Shown: positions 39,183 through 48,235 of the stretch, in pieces
How positions within the stretch are numbered: position 1 is the stretch's first letter
How the letters are laid out: the number at the start of each line of letters is the position of its first letter
Source: Brevirhabdus sp.
GTDB taxonomy: Bacteria > Pseudomonadota > Alphaproteobacteria > Rhodobacterales > Rhodobacteraceae
Direction: 5' to 3'
Assembly (NCBI GenBank): GCA_047518005.1
Contig: JAKZRT010000011.1
Span: 3,701 to 67,700 of the forward strand
DNA length: 64,000 bases
Program-made: the position numbers and the translations under genes
The notes under the pieces: model-generated
Seen by the model: only the letters and a program-made list of their open reading frames with translations
Told to the model about the DNA's origin: nothing
Database searches by the model: none

Positions 39183-39602
39183 TCAACCCCGAAGCCGCGA
39201 CTGATAATCATGGCCGCGCCAGTTTGCGCGGCGAAGCCATTGCTCTTCGGGTTGGCGCGCGGCAAATGCGTCGTCGATTTCGACCTCGTCAAAGCCCGCA
39301 CGACGCGCCATCGCGTACTGGTCGGCGATCACGTGACCCGTCGCGCGCAGCCGCCCTTGAAAACCCATCAACCGCAGCCTCCGCGCAATGGTCAGGCCGC
39401 GCCCATCGGCGAACGACGGAAAATCGACCCGGATCAGGTCGATCTCGTGCAGCCGCGCGACCAGCGTACCGGGGTCGGCGTCCGAGGCCAGATCCACGCC
39501 AATCGCCGACGCCCTGTCGTTGGCGGGCAGGCTGTCGGGGCGATGAAACTCGTGCGTCCAATCGTCAGCCTGAAACCCGTCATCGGTGACAAGAACGCTC
39601 AT
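39183..39602 (-). CDS. DUF934-family protein (associated with sulfite reductase)
   Basis: MSVLVTDDGFQADDW...DLIRVDFPSFADGRGLTIARRLR reads as DUF934. The ATG at 39602 overlaps the cysH stop (ATGA). Confidence 0.8.
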   Translation of the reverse strand: MSVLVTDDGFQADDWTHEFHRPDSLPANDRASAIGVDLASDADPGTLVARLHEIDLIRVDFPSFADGRGLTIARRLRLMGFQGRLRATGHVIADQYAMARRAGFDEVEIDDAFAARQPEEQWLRRANWRGHDYQSRLRG

Positions 39603-40351
39603 GGGTGATCTTCCTGGGGCAGGGGTCCGCGCAGCGGCCGCCCGTTGACGAAATGGATGCCGCATTCGTCTTTGTCGGTGGTGCGCCACCGTCCAGCGCG
39701 CAGATCTTCATCCGGCGCGGCCTTGGTCGTGCAGGGCGCGCAACCAATCGACGGAAATCCCTGCGTGACCAGCGGGTGTCGGGGCAATCGATTGTTGAGC
39801 ATATAATCGGCCACGTCCGCGCGTGTCCAATGGGCCAGCGGGTTGATCTTGATCCGAACCGGGCCCGCCTCAAAGAAATCCAGCGCCTCGCGCTCGCCGC
39901 CGTGAAACCGCTTGCGACCGGTGATCCAGGCGTCAAAGCCGCTCAGGACTTTCTCCAGCGGCTCGGTCTTGCGCAGGGCGCAACAGGCGCCGGTGTCGGC
40001 CAGGTGCAAAATCCCGTCAACATCGCGTTCCAGAACGGCGGCGCGCTCGGGCCGGATGATCCGCACATCGGTCAGTCCGAGCGTTTCCGAAACTTCGGCC
40101 TGATAGGTCAGCGTTTCGGGAAACAGCATCTCGGTGTCTAGAAAAAGAACCGGCGTCGTGCGATCGGCCGTCGCGACCATGTGCAAAAGCACAACCGCCT
40201 CGGCCCCGAACGAGGACACCAGCGCCACCGGTCCCAGCATCGGGTCACTCAGCGTATGCGCGACAACATCCATCGCCGAATGGTGACGAAACTGCGCATT
40301 TAATTCCGCCGCGCGAACCCCAAGCGGTAATAGTCCAGCTTCAAGCGGCAT
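39599..40351 (-). CDS. cysH: Phosphoadenylyl-sulfate (PAPS/APS) reductase
   Basis: PP-loop-type ALVSSFGAEAVVLLHM and a C-terminal ECGIH motif. ATG verified at 40351, with an 11-nt overlap with the cysI stop. Confidence 0.9.
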   Translation of the reverse strand: MPLEAGLLPLGVRAAELNAQFRHHSAMDVVAHTLSDPMLGPVALVSSFGAEAVVLLHMVATADRTTPVLFLDTEMLFPETLTYQAEVSETLGLTDVRIIRPERAAVLERDVDGILHLADTGACCALRKTEPLEKVLSGFDAWITGRKRFHGGEREALDFFEAGPVRIKINPLAHWTRADVADYMLNNRLPRHPLVTQGFPSIGCAPCTTKAAPDEDLRAGRWRTTDKDECGIHFVNGRPLRGPLPQEDHP

Positions 40352-42005
40352 TGGCTTTCGCCTCCGGATAAAGGGCTGCCTTGAACGGGCTCAGGCCCAG
40401 ACGGCGATAGGTTTCAATAAATATCTCGTCCGCGTTGTCGCGCAGGTCGAGATAGGCAAAGACCAGACGCTCAACGGCGGGCACGATCTCGTCGGCCGAA
40501 AACCCCGGTCCGGCGCGTTCGCCGATGGCCGCAGTCTCGGTGCCGTCGCCGCCAAGCGTGATCTGATAGTTCTCAACCCCGGCCCGGTCCAGCCCCAGAA
40601 TGCCGATGTGCCCGACATGGTGGTGTCCGCAGGCGTTGATACAGCCCGAGATCTTAATCTTCAGCGCGCCGATGTCGTGTTCCAGCTTCAATTCGTCAAA
40701 CCGCGTCGCGATCTCTTGCGCGATCGGGATCGACCGCGCGGTCGCCAACGCGCAGTAATCCATTCCGGGGCAGGCGATGATGTCCGAGATCAACCCGACG
40801 TTCGCGGTGGCCAGTCCGGCCTTCAAAAGCTCGGCGTAAACCACCGGCAGATCAGATTTGTGGACATGCGGCAGGATCACGTTCTGTTCGTGGCTGATCC
40901 TCAGTTCGTCGTGCCCGTAGCGTTCGGCGAGACCCGCCAGCACGCGCATTTGGTCGGCCGACGCGTCGCCGGGCGTCGCGCCATGCGCTTTCAGCGACAC
41001 GGTGACAATCGCATAGCCCACGGCGCGATGCTCGGCCAGAATGGTGTCGGTCCACGACCGGAACCCGGCGCTGGCGGCGCGATTGGCCTCAAAAGTGATG
41101 GTCTGGGTGACCTTGAAGTCGGGTGCGGCGAAATCGGCCTCGAAACCCGCCAGCATGGCCTGATCGACGCCCGAATAATCGGGCCGTATCTCTTCAAAGC
41201 GCGCCTCGACCAGGTCGCGCACCGCCTCCAGCCCGTTCTCGTGCACCGTGATCTTGATGCGCGCCTTGTATTTGTTGTCGCGCCGCCCGAGCAGATTATA
41301 GACCGACACGATCGCCTCGACATAAGGCAGCAGGTCTTGGCGCGGCAGAAACTCGCGGATCACCTTGCCGATCATCGGCGTGCGTCCCAACCCGCCACCG
41401 ACGATCACCTCAAACCCCGGCTGGCCGTTACGTTCGATCATGCGCAGGCCTATGTCATGCGCCTTGGTTACCGCCCGGTCATTGGGTGACCCGGTGATGG
41501 CGATCTTGAACTTGCGCGGCAGGAACTGGAATTCCGGATGGTCGGTCGACCATTGCCGCAACAGCTCGGCCACCGGGCGCGGGTCGTCGATCTCGTCCGC
41601 CGCGGCACCTGCGAAATGGTCCGAGGTTATGTTGCGGATCGTGTTGCCGCTGGTCTGAATGGCGTGCATGCCGACATCGGCCAGTGCGGCCAGCATGTCG
41701 GGAACATCGCGCAGCTTGGGCCAGTTGTACTGGATATTCTGTCGCGTGGTGAAATGGCCGTATCCCTTGTCCCAGCGTTCGGCGATCATCGCCAGTTGCC
41801 GCATCTGGCGGCTGGAAAGCGTACCGTAGGGGATCGCCACCCTCAGCATGTAGGCGTGCAATTGCAAATAAAGCCCGTTCATCAGCCGCAGCGGCTTGAA
41901 TTCGTCCTCGGTCAGGCTGCCGTCGATGCGGCGTTCAACCTGTTCGCGAAACTGGGCCACGCGTTCGCGCACGAAGGCCGCGTCGAATTCATTGTACTTA
42001 TACAT
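40341..42005 (-). CDS. cysI: Assimilatory sulfite reductase hemoprotein (nitrite/sulfite reductase 4Fe-4S/sirohaem family)
   Basis: 554 aa with the Cys cluster CPGMDYCALA...SGCINACGHHH. ATG verified at 42005. Confidence 0.9.
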   Translation of the reverse strand: MYKYNEFDAAFVRERVAQFREQVERRIDGSLTEDEFKPLRLMNGLYLQLHAYMLRVAIPYGTLSSRQMRQLAMIAERWDKGYGHFTTRQNIQYNWPKLRDVPDMLAALADVGMHAIQTSGNTIRNITSDHFAGAAADEIDDPRPVAELLRQWSTDHPEFQFLPRKFKIAITGSPNDRAVTKAHDIGLRMIERNGQPGFEVIVGGGLGRTPMIGKVIREFLPRQDLLPYVEAIVSVYNLLGRRDNKYKARIKITVHENGLEAVRDLVEARFEEIRPDYSGVDQAMLAGFEADFAAPDFKVTQTITFEANRAASAGFRSWTDTILAEHRAVGYAIVTVSLKAHGATPGDASADQMRVLAGLAERYGHDELRISHEQNVILPHVHKSDLPVVYAELLKAGLATANVGLISDIIACPGMDYCALATARSIPIAQEIATRFDELKLEHDIGALKIKISGCINACGHHHVGHIGILGLDRAGVENYQITLGGDGTETAAIGERAGPGFSADEIVPAVERLVFAYLDLRDNADEIFIETYRRLGLSPFKAALYPEAKANAA

Positions 42006-42306
42006 CGCTCAACTCCACTTGCTTGCCGTGGGCGTAATTCGACGGCCCGCGACGGCGGAATTCTTCGCGGAAATGGGTGGGTTCGGGGCCGGATGCGCCG
42101 TCGGCTGCATCGGCGAGATAGGCGCCAACAGCAACGGCCGGTTCGGCCTCGGCGCGCGCAAGGCCCGCGTTTGCCGAAAGTTCATCGACAAAAAGTGCGG
42201 CACCATGCAGGTCGCGCGTCCAGGCGCCCTTGGCGTCCAGATAGATCACGTCGCCTTCCAGCAGATCGTTGGCGGTGACGACTTTCGGCGTAAAGCGGCG
42301 GGCCAT
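41998..42306 (-). CDS. DUF2849-family protein
   Basis: 102 aa (MARRFTPKVVTANDLLEGDVIYLD...) between cysG and cysI. Its start shares one base with the cysG stop (TAATG), and its stop overlaps the cysI start by 8 nt. Confidence 0.75.
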   Translation of the reverse strand: MARRFTPKVVTANDLLEGDVIYLDAKGAWTRDLHGAALFVDELSANAGLARAEAEPAVAVGAYLADAADGASGPEPTHFREEFRRRGPSNYAHGKQVELSDV

Positions 42307-43700
42307 TACGCAAGCTCCTGTTGGTTATCTGCTTCCAGCGCCTGCACAGCGCCGCGCGGGGCCAGCCCATGAAAGATCAACGCCGGTCCGCTCAGACCGG
42401 CGCGGCTCAGCGCTGGTTCCAGCTCAGCCAGCGTGGTGGCCAGAATGCGCTGATCGGGGCGGCTGGCGTTTTCGACAATGCTCACCGGCGTCGCGGGATC
42501 AGCCCCGTGCATCAGCATGCGCCCTTGCCAGAACCGCGCCGTGCGCTTGCCCATGTAAATCGCGGCCACTTCGCCGGGGCGCGCCAGGCCGCGCCAGTCG
42601 TGTTCGGCAAAGCCGCGCATGTCGTGGCCGGTCAGCATGCGCACCGAAGAATTGCGCCCGCGCTTGGTCAGGCTTTCGCCCAGCGCCGCCGCCGCCGCCG
42701 AGGCGGCGGTTATTCCCGGCACAATCGCCCAGCTGATATCGGCGGCCTCAAGGGCCTCGATTTCTTCATCAAGGCGACCAAAGACCGTCGGATCGCCCGA
42801 CTTCAGGCGCACCACTTGGGCACCCTTGGCCGCGTGCTCGACGAGCAGGCTGTTGATCGTGGCTTGTGGGGTCGAAGCGCCAAAGCCCGCTTTGCCGACG
42901 GATATGATTTCCGCCTCGCGGCGGGCAAGCTCCAGAATTTCCGGTGCCACCAGCCGGTCGTGAATGACCACATCGGCGGCGTCGAGCGCGGCGCGGGCTT
43001 TCAGCGTCAAAAGCTCGGGGTCGCCGGGTCCGGCACCGACCAGATCAACATGGCCGGGCCGGGTCGCCGTCCGGAATTTTTCGATTAGATCGGCCAGCGC
43101 ATATTTTGCCGCCGCCGCTCCGCCCCGGGCCAGCGCCCGTGGACCGTGTTCAAAGTAAAACGCCTGCCAGAACGCCCGGCGCAGTCCGCCTCCCGGCAAA
43201 GCCTCGGCCGCACCGCGCGCCGCTTTGCCGATGCGCGCCAGCAGCCCAAGCGTGGCGGGCAGGCGGGCTTCGACGTCGCGCTTGATGGCGCGCGCCAGAA
43301 CCGGGGCAGCGCCTTCGGTGCCGATGGCCACGGTCACCGGGTCGCGGTCGACGATCGCGGGCGTGATAAAGCCACTTTGGTCGAGGTTATCGACGACATT
43401 GACCAGAACCCCGGCGGCCCGCGCAAGGGCCGCGATGCGCCTGTCCTCGGCGTCGTCCTCGGTCGCGGCATAAACCAGGGCAGCACCGCCGATATCGGCA
43501 CCGGTCAACGGGCGGCCAAAAAGGCTAATCTGGCCCGCATCGGCCAGTGCCGCGATCTCGGCGCGCGGGGTGGGTGCAAAGACATCAACGCGCGCGTTGG
43601 TTTTCGCGATCAGGCGCACCTTGGCCAACGCCGCCGCGCCGCCACCCGACAAGACGACGCGCTGGCCGTCGAGGTCTATGAAGATCGGAAAATGTCGCAT
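42306..43700 (-). CDS. cysG: Sirohaem synthase (precorrin-2 dehydrogenase/ferrochelatase plus uroporphyrinogen-III C-methyltransferase)
   Basis: MRHFPIFIDLDGQRVVLSGGG N-terminal domain and a GAGPGDPELLTLKA methylase domain. ATG verified at 43700, so the track start at 43766 is too far upstream. Confidence 0.9.
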   Translation of the reverse strand: MRHFPIFIDLDGQRVVLSGGGAAALAKVRLIAKTNARVDVFAPTPRAEIAALADAGQISLFGRPLTGADIGGAALVYAATEDDAEDRRIAALARAAGVLVNVVDNLDQSGFITPAIVDRDPVTVAIGTEGAAPVLARAIKRDVEARLPATLGLLARIGKAARGAAEALPGGGLRRAFWQAFYFEHGPRALARGGAAAAKYALADLIEKFRTATRPGHVDLVGAGPGDPELLTLKARAALDAADVVIHDRLVAPEILELARREAEIISVGKAGFGASTPQATINSLLVEHAAKGAQVVRLKSGDPTVFGRLDEEIEALEAADISWAIVPGITAASAAAAALGESLTKRGRNSSVRMLTGHDMRGFAEHDWRGLARPGEVAAIYMGKRTARFWQGRMLMHGADPATPVSIVENASRPDQRILATTLAELEPALSRAGLSGPALIFHGLAPRGAVQALEADNQQELA

Positions 43701-43838
43701 GTCATTCGAGTCCTTGAACCTGATACAATATATAGAATAAAGTTCCAAATAACTGCTATACTTCACGACAAATAAGAACGTATGTTCTAAACACCCGAGA
43801 AAACGGAACGAAACAACGTGGAAATCAGAGGTTAAGGA

Positions 43839-44300
43839 ATGTCGATCCGTATTGATGACATAGACCGGAAAATTCTTTCGGAATTACAGGCTGACGCGGC
43901 CCGTTCGCTGGATGAGATCGCCAAACGCGTGGGGTCGTCGAAAACCCCGGTCTGGAACCGCATCCGCAAATTGCGCGAGGCCGGCGTGATCCGGCAGAAT
44001 ACGGTGCTGCTGGACGCCGATATGCTTGGGCTCGAGGCCTGCTTTTTCGTGCTGATCCGCACATCAGAACACGAAAAGGACTGGCAGGACAGGTTTCTTG
44101 ACGCCCTGAATTCACGTCCCGAAGTCATGGAGGCACACCGTTTGGCGGGCGATATCGATTACATTCTCAAGGTCCGGGTCGCCAATGCGCGCGCCTATGA
44201 CACATTCTACCAGGCGCTGATATCCGAAGTGCGGATTTATAACGTCACCGCGCTGTTATCGATGGAAGAGATCAAGTCGACGACAATGTTACCGCTTTGA
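43839..44300 (+). CDS. Lrp/AsnC-family transcriptional regulator
   Basis: 153 aa. IDDIDRKILSELQADARRSLDEIAKRVGSSKTPVWNRIRKL is the HTH, followed by an RAM domain. ATG verified, preceded by AGAGGTTAAGGA. Confidence 0.9.
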   Translation: MSIRIDDIDRKILSELQADAARSLDEIAKRVGSSKTPVWNRIRKLREAGVIRQNTVLLDADMLGLEACFFVLIRTSEHEKDWQDRFLDALNSRPEVMEAHRLAGDIDYILKVRVANARAYDTFYQALISEVRIYNVTALLSMEEIKSTTMLPL

Positions 44301-44350
44301 CCCTCCTCGCCGTGCTCTGCGCTGCGTCGCCTGAAACCAGGGCCGAATGC

Positions 44351-46816
44351 CTATTCCCCCGGTGGTGACAACCGCGTCACGCCGACTGCGGCGGCGCGCG
44401 CCAGCGCCGGGTCGAGGGTCATGGGAATGTATTCGCCGCGCCGCCACAGCGCGCCCAGGTCGTCGTAATAGCGCGACAGCGGGTGGCCGGATTGCCCGGT
44501 TGATATGATAAACACCGAACTTTCCGGATCGGCGAAATCATAAACCGCCCGGAAAACCGCCGCATGAACGTTCACGAACGGGTCCGGGTCCCGGGCCAGC
44601 GTCCGTCCGCGCATCAACGTGTTGTCGCCGCCGCTTGTCGATTGCCGCACGTTCACCAGCCAGCCCAAAAGCGGCACGCCTCCCAGCACCGGGTGATCGG
44701 CGCGGGTTTCGTGCGCGTCACCCCAGCGCAAGCTCTCCAGCGACCCGCCATGGCGCTGGCCCAGCCACTGCAACGCATCATCCAAAGCCGCGCGCGCGGT
44801 TTCGGTACAGGTCTCGACCGCCGCCGATTGCTTGACGTCGCACCAGGCGCTGGCGTTGTCGATATCGCGGAACACCCGTTCTATGAAAAGCGGCTGCAAA
44901 TGTGCGAACTCGTCGGTCACATCGGCCAGATCGTCGCGCAACAGCCGGTCCTGCAGGGCGCGCATCCAGGCCGCATAGATCAGCGGCTCGGGCAGATGTT
45001 CGTTCATCTCGCCGTTCCAGGCCGCCAGCAGTTCCAGCGCGCGCTTGCGCCGGCCCTGGGCACTGTCGGGCGCGGCGGCCGCTTCGGTAAAGAACAGATC
45101 GCCCCCAACCAGCGGCAACAGGGTGCGCGCCGTGACCGACACGGTATCAAGCTGCGCCTCGATAAAGCTTTCGCGGGTGTGGACCTCGCGCCCCTGCATC
45201 AGCCCCTGCCAGCGCTGCACGCGCTGGCTGTCGCCCCAGGAATGGCTGACGTGAAATGGGAACGGCCGGTCGATGATCTTGTTATTGGTGTTGCCCACAA
45301 TACCGCCCTCGGGGTCGATGAACCGCGGATTGGCGGAATACCTCAATCGTCCCTGCCAGCGGTTCTCGGGCAGCCATCCCGGCGCCGGAATTCGGCCCTG
45401 ACTTTGATGGCGGGCACTGCGCCGGGGCATCGCGCCCAGCACCACCATGCCAATCGATGTGCGGTCGGCGACGATCATGTTGTGGGCCGGTGCGAGGATG
45501 CCCGCGCCCGCCGCAATCGCGCCCTCGACGTCAGCCGCCTGCATGATCTTCAAGAACGCCGACATCGAGCCGTCGTCGGGGCTGAGCGCCGTCCAGGCCA
45601 GCACCGGCACATGTCCGGCTGGGGTGATCTTGTCCAGCCCCCAGTTGCCCTCAGGCAGGACCGGGCCGTTCTCGGACCACCGCAACGTGACCGTTTGCGG
45701 CGGCGCGCCCTTGATCTGGACGATGCTCTGGCGCTCGATGAACGGTTTGAAACCCTCGGGCGTCAGATATCGCGACGGGTCGTCAGGGGCCAGCTTTTCG
45801 ATCAGAATGTCCTGATCGTCCAGATAGGTGGTGGTCAGACCCCAGCCGATCTTGTCGGTGCGTCCCATCAACACCACGGGCATTCCGGGAATGGTGCCGC
45901 CGATGATTGGACCCGCCGCCAGGTCGAGACGTGCAAGATAGAACGAGGCCGGAGCGCTGAGGCCCATATGCGGATCGGTGGCCAGAAGCGACCCCTGTTT
46001 GGCCGAACGCGACGGGGCGGCGGCCCAGGCGTTCGAGGCTCCGGCAAGCCCGATACCGGGAACCGCCGGGGCCAGGGCCACACGGCTTGCGGGGGCCGAG
46101 AAATCAGGCATCACGCCCGGAAATAATGTCGCAAATTCGGGCAGGGCGGCGACCCCGGCGCTCGGGTCATCGGGCAACAGATCGGCCAGCCGCTCGGGCG
46201 TCAACACCAGCGACGCGCGCGCCCGCTGAACCTCGCGCTCAAGATGCGTGGCCAGTTGCAACGACAACAGCTTGCCCACGGCAATCGAATCGGCGGGCGT
46301 CCAGGGGGCGATGGCCGTGGGAAACAGGAAAAACTCAGGCGCGCCGCGGCCCAGGGCGGCGTCGTTCACCCGCGCGATCCGGGCGTTGACCCCGCGCGCA
46401 TAGGCCGCCAGCGCCGCGCGGCCATAATCATCCTGCGCCGCCACGGAAGCCACCGCGATATTGTAAAGATCCAGCCGCCGCAAAAGTCGGTCGACGGCCA
46501 CGGTACGGGTGCCGAACAGTTCGCTCAGCCGCCCCTGCGCGGTGCGCCGGAACATCAGCATCTGCCACAACCGGTCCTGGGCATGCACATAGCCCAGCCC
46601 GAAATAGCTGTCGGCATCGGTCGCACCGAAGATGTGCGGGACATTGGCGTTGTCGCGCACGATCTCAAGCGGCGCGTCAAGGCCCTCTGCGCTGTGCGCG
46701 GCGTCGTAATCGGGCAGCGACCGGGCCGCCAGATAAAAGGCCAGCGCCGCCGCCAATCCGGCCAGCACCAGCCCGGCGAAAAAGATCCTCAAAAGCCAGC
46801 GGAAAATCCAAGCCAT
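44351..46816 (-). CDS. Penicillin acylase-family Ntn hydrolase (possible acyl-homoserine-lactone acylase)
   Basis: About 820 aa with an N-terminal TM/signal segment and the GASNAWA nucleophile-Ser region typical of the family. The ATG at 46816 (MAWIFRWLL) is preferred over the track's TTG at 46846. Confidence 0.85.
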   Translation of the reverse strand: MAWIFRWLLRIFFAGLVLAGLAAALAFYLAARSLPDYDAAHSAEGLDAPLEIVRDNANVPHIFGATDADSYFGLGYVHAQDRLWQMLMFRRTAQGRLSELFGTRTVAVDRLLRRLDLYNIAVASVAAQDDYGRAALAAYARGVNARIARVNDAALGRGAPEFFLFPTAIAPWTPADSIAVGKLLSLQLATHLEREVQRARASLVLTPERLADLLPDDPSAGVAALPEFATLFPGVMPDFSAPASRVALAPAVPGIGLAGASNAWAAAPSRSAKQGSLLATDPHMGLSAPASFYLARLDLAAGPIIGGTIPGMPVVLMGRTDKIGWGLTTTYLDDQDILIEKLAPDDPSRYLTPEGFKPFIERQSIVQIKGAPPQTVTLRWSENGPVLPEGNWGLDKITPAGHVPVLAWTALSPDDGSMSAFLKIMQAADVEGAIAAGAGILAPAHNMIVADRTSIGMVVLGAMPRRSARHQSQGRIPAPGWLPENRWQGRLRYSANPRFIDPEGGIVGNTNNKIIDRPFPFHVSHSWGDSQRVQRWQGLMQGREVHTRESFIEAQLDTVSVTARTLLPLVGGDLFFTEAAAAPDSAQGRRKRALELLAAWNGEMNEHLPEPLIYAAWMRALQDRLLRDDLADVTDEFAHLQPLFIERVFRDIDNASAWCDVKQSAAVETCTETARAALDDALQWLGQRHGGSLESLRWGDAHETRADHPVLGGVPLLGWLVNVRQSTSGGDNTLMRGRTLARDPDPFVNVHAAVFRAVYDFADPESSVFIISTGQSGHPLSRYYDDLGALWRRGEYIPMTLDPALARAAAVGVTRLSPPGE

Positions 46817-46897
46817 CCGGGTGCCTGTGGTTGACGGGAAGGACAATGGCGGTACTTATCGCGATTGCGCGGGGAAGAGCAACAAGAAGGGTAAGTC

Positions 46898-47773
46898 ATG
46901 ACAAAACTGGCGTTTTTGGGTCTGGGCGTGATGGGCTTTCCGATGGCCGGGCATCTGGCAGCAACGGGGCATGACGTGACCGTCTATAATCGCACGCAGG
47001 CTAAGGCCCAGGCCTGGGTGGCTCAGCACGGCGGAAACCTGGCCGCGACCCCCTGCGCAGCCGCCGAAGCGGCCGACATGGTCATGGCCTGCGTCGGCAA
47101 CGACGACGATCTGCGCAGCGTCGCTCTGGGCGAGCGCGGCGCGTTCGCGGGCATGGGCGCGGGCAGTGTGTTTGTCGATCACACAACGGTTTCGGCCAAG
47201 GTAACGCGCGAGCTTTACGCCGCTGCCGACGCGCGTCAGATCAGTTTCGTCGATGCGCCCATTTCAGGCGGTCAGGCGGGCGCCGAAAATGCCGCGCTCA
47301 GCATCATGTGCGGCGGCGATCAGGGCGCCTTTGACCGCGCTGCCCCGGTGATCGGGATCTACGCCAAGATCTGCCGTCGCATCGGCAAAAGCGGTGCCGG
47401 ACAGATGACCAAGATGTGCAACCAGATCGCCATCGCGGGGCTGGTTCAGGGGCTTTCCGAGGCGCTGCATTTTGCCGAAAAATCCGGGCTTGACGGGCGC
47501 GCGGTAATCGAAGTGATCAGCCAGGGCGCGGCCGGATCGTGGCAGATGGCGAACCGGTACGAGACAATGCTCGACGACCACTTTGAACACGGCTTCGCGG
47601 TTGACTGGATGCGCAAGGATCTGGGCATCTGCCTGGACACCGCCAACGAAACCGGTGCCAGCCTGCCGGTCACCGCGCTGGTCGATCAGTTCTACAAAGA
47701 CGTCCAGAAAATGGGCGGCGGGCGGTGGGACACGTCCAGCCTTTTCAAAAGGCTGCGCGCGTTTGGTGGGTAA
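46898..47773 (+). CDS. NAD(P)-dependent oxidoreductase, 3-hydroxyisobutyrate/6-phosphogluconate dehydrogenase-like family
   Basis: MTKLAFLGLGVMGFPMAGHL Rossmann N-terminus, 291 aa. ATG verified, with AAGAAGG upstream. Confidence 0.85.
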   Translation: MTKLAFLGLGVMGFPMAGHLAATGHDVTVYNRTQAKAQAWVAQHGGNLAATPCAAAEAADMVMACVGNDDDLRSVALGERGAFAGMGAGSVFVDHTTVSAKVTRELYAAADARQISFVDAPISGGQAGAENAALSIMCGGDQGAFDRAAPVIGIYAKICRRIGKSGAGQMTKMCNQIAIAGLVQGLSEALHFAEKSGLDGRAVIEVISQGAAGSWQMANRYETMLDDHFEHGFAVDWMRKDLGICLDTANETGASLPVTALVDQFYKDVQKMGGGRWDTSSLFKRLRAFGG

Positions 47774-47846
47774 GCTTGTACAAATTCATTTACATGATGG
47801 CTCTGAGAACTGGGCGGACGGACCAATCTCGCATCCGCTGGTTTGG

Positions 47847-48116
47847 TCAGTGGAAATTAATCCCGCCGTCAACGACCACGCACTGCCCGGTCACCGATGA
47901 GGTTTTGCACAGATAGACGACTTGACCGGCCACGTCTTCTACCGAAGTCGTCGTGTTCAGCGCGGAACTGTTCTTCCACCTAAAGACAATTTCTGGCGGC
48001 CCGCCGCTCGCAAGGCCGGTTTCGACCATCAGGCCCGGCGCAACACAATTCACCGCAACCTTCGGGGCAAGCGCCGCGGCCAGGAACCGGTGGCGGCGCT
48101 GCCGCGTCAGACCGGT
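47847..48116 (-). pseudogene. 3' remnant of an SDR (FabG-like) gene, lacking the N-terminal ~150 codons
   Basis: The open frame begins right after an in-frame TAA (48119-48117). It reads TGLTRQRRHRFLAAALAPKVAVNCVAPGLMVET...VTGQCVVVDGGINFH, i.e. only the post-catalytic-Tyr/Lys part of an SDR. No Rossmann/TGxxxGxG segment lies upstream. Confidence 0.6.
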
Positions 48117-48195
48117 TTATGCGGAATCCTGGGCGAAAACAGTCGACTGCGCGGTCCAAGCCATTTTACCGTTATTAATCAAACACTTCCCCAGA

Positions 48196-48213
48196 GTTTC
48201 AACCTTGAAACCT
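48196..48213. repeat. 18-nt motif GTTTCAACCTTGAAACCT, copy 2
   Basis: Exact match to 17687..17704. Lies in the AT-rich stretch between the SDR remnant and the SYLF lipoprotein gene stop. Confidence 0.5.
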
Positions 48214-48235
48214 CGCGGTCCGTTCCCCGTCTTGG

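Noticed and set aside
44564-46126. 520-aa plus-strand ORF antisense to the acylase gene. The same applies to 10910..12130, 16385..17524, 17555..19129, 20948..22216 and 48803..49990.
   Set aside because: Each overlaps a confidently recognised gene on the other strand (acylase, mreB, nadE, the cytochrome genes, nlpD/pcm/surE, hemB). Each has the skewed Arg/Pro/Gly/His composition typical of non-coding frames in GC-rich DNA.
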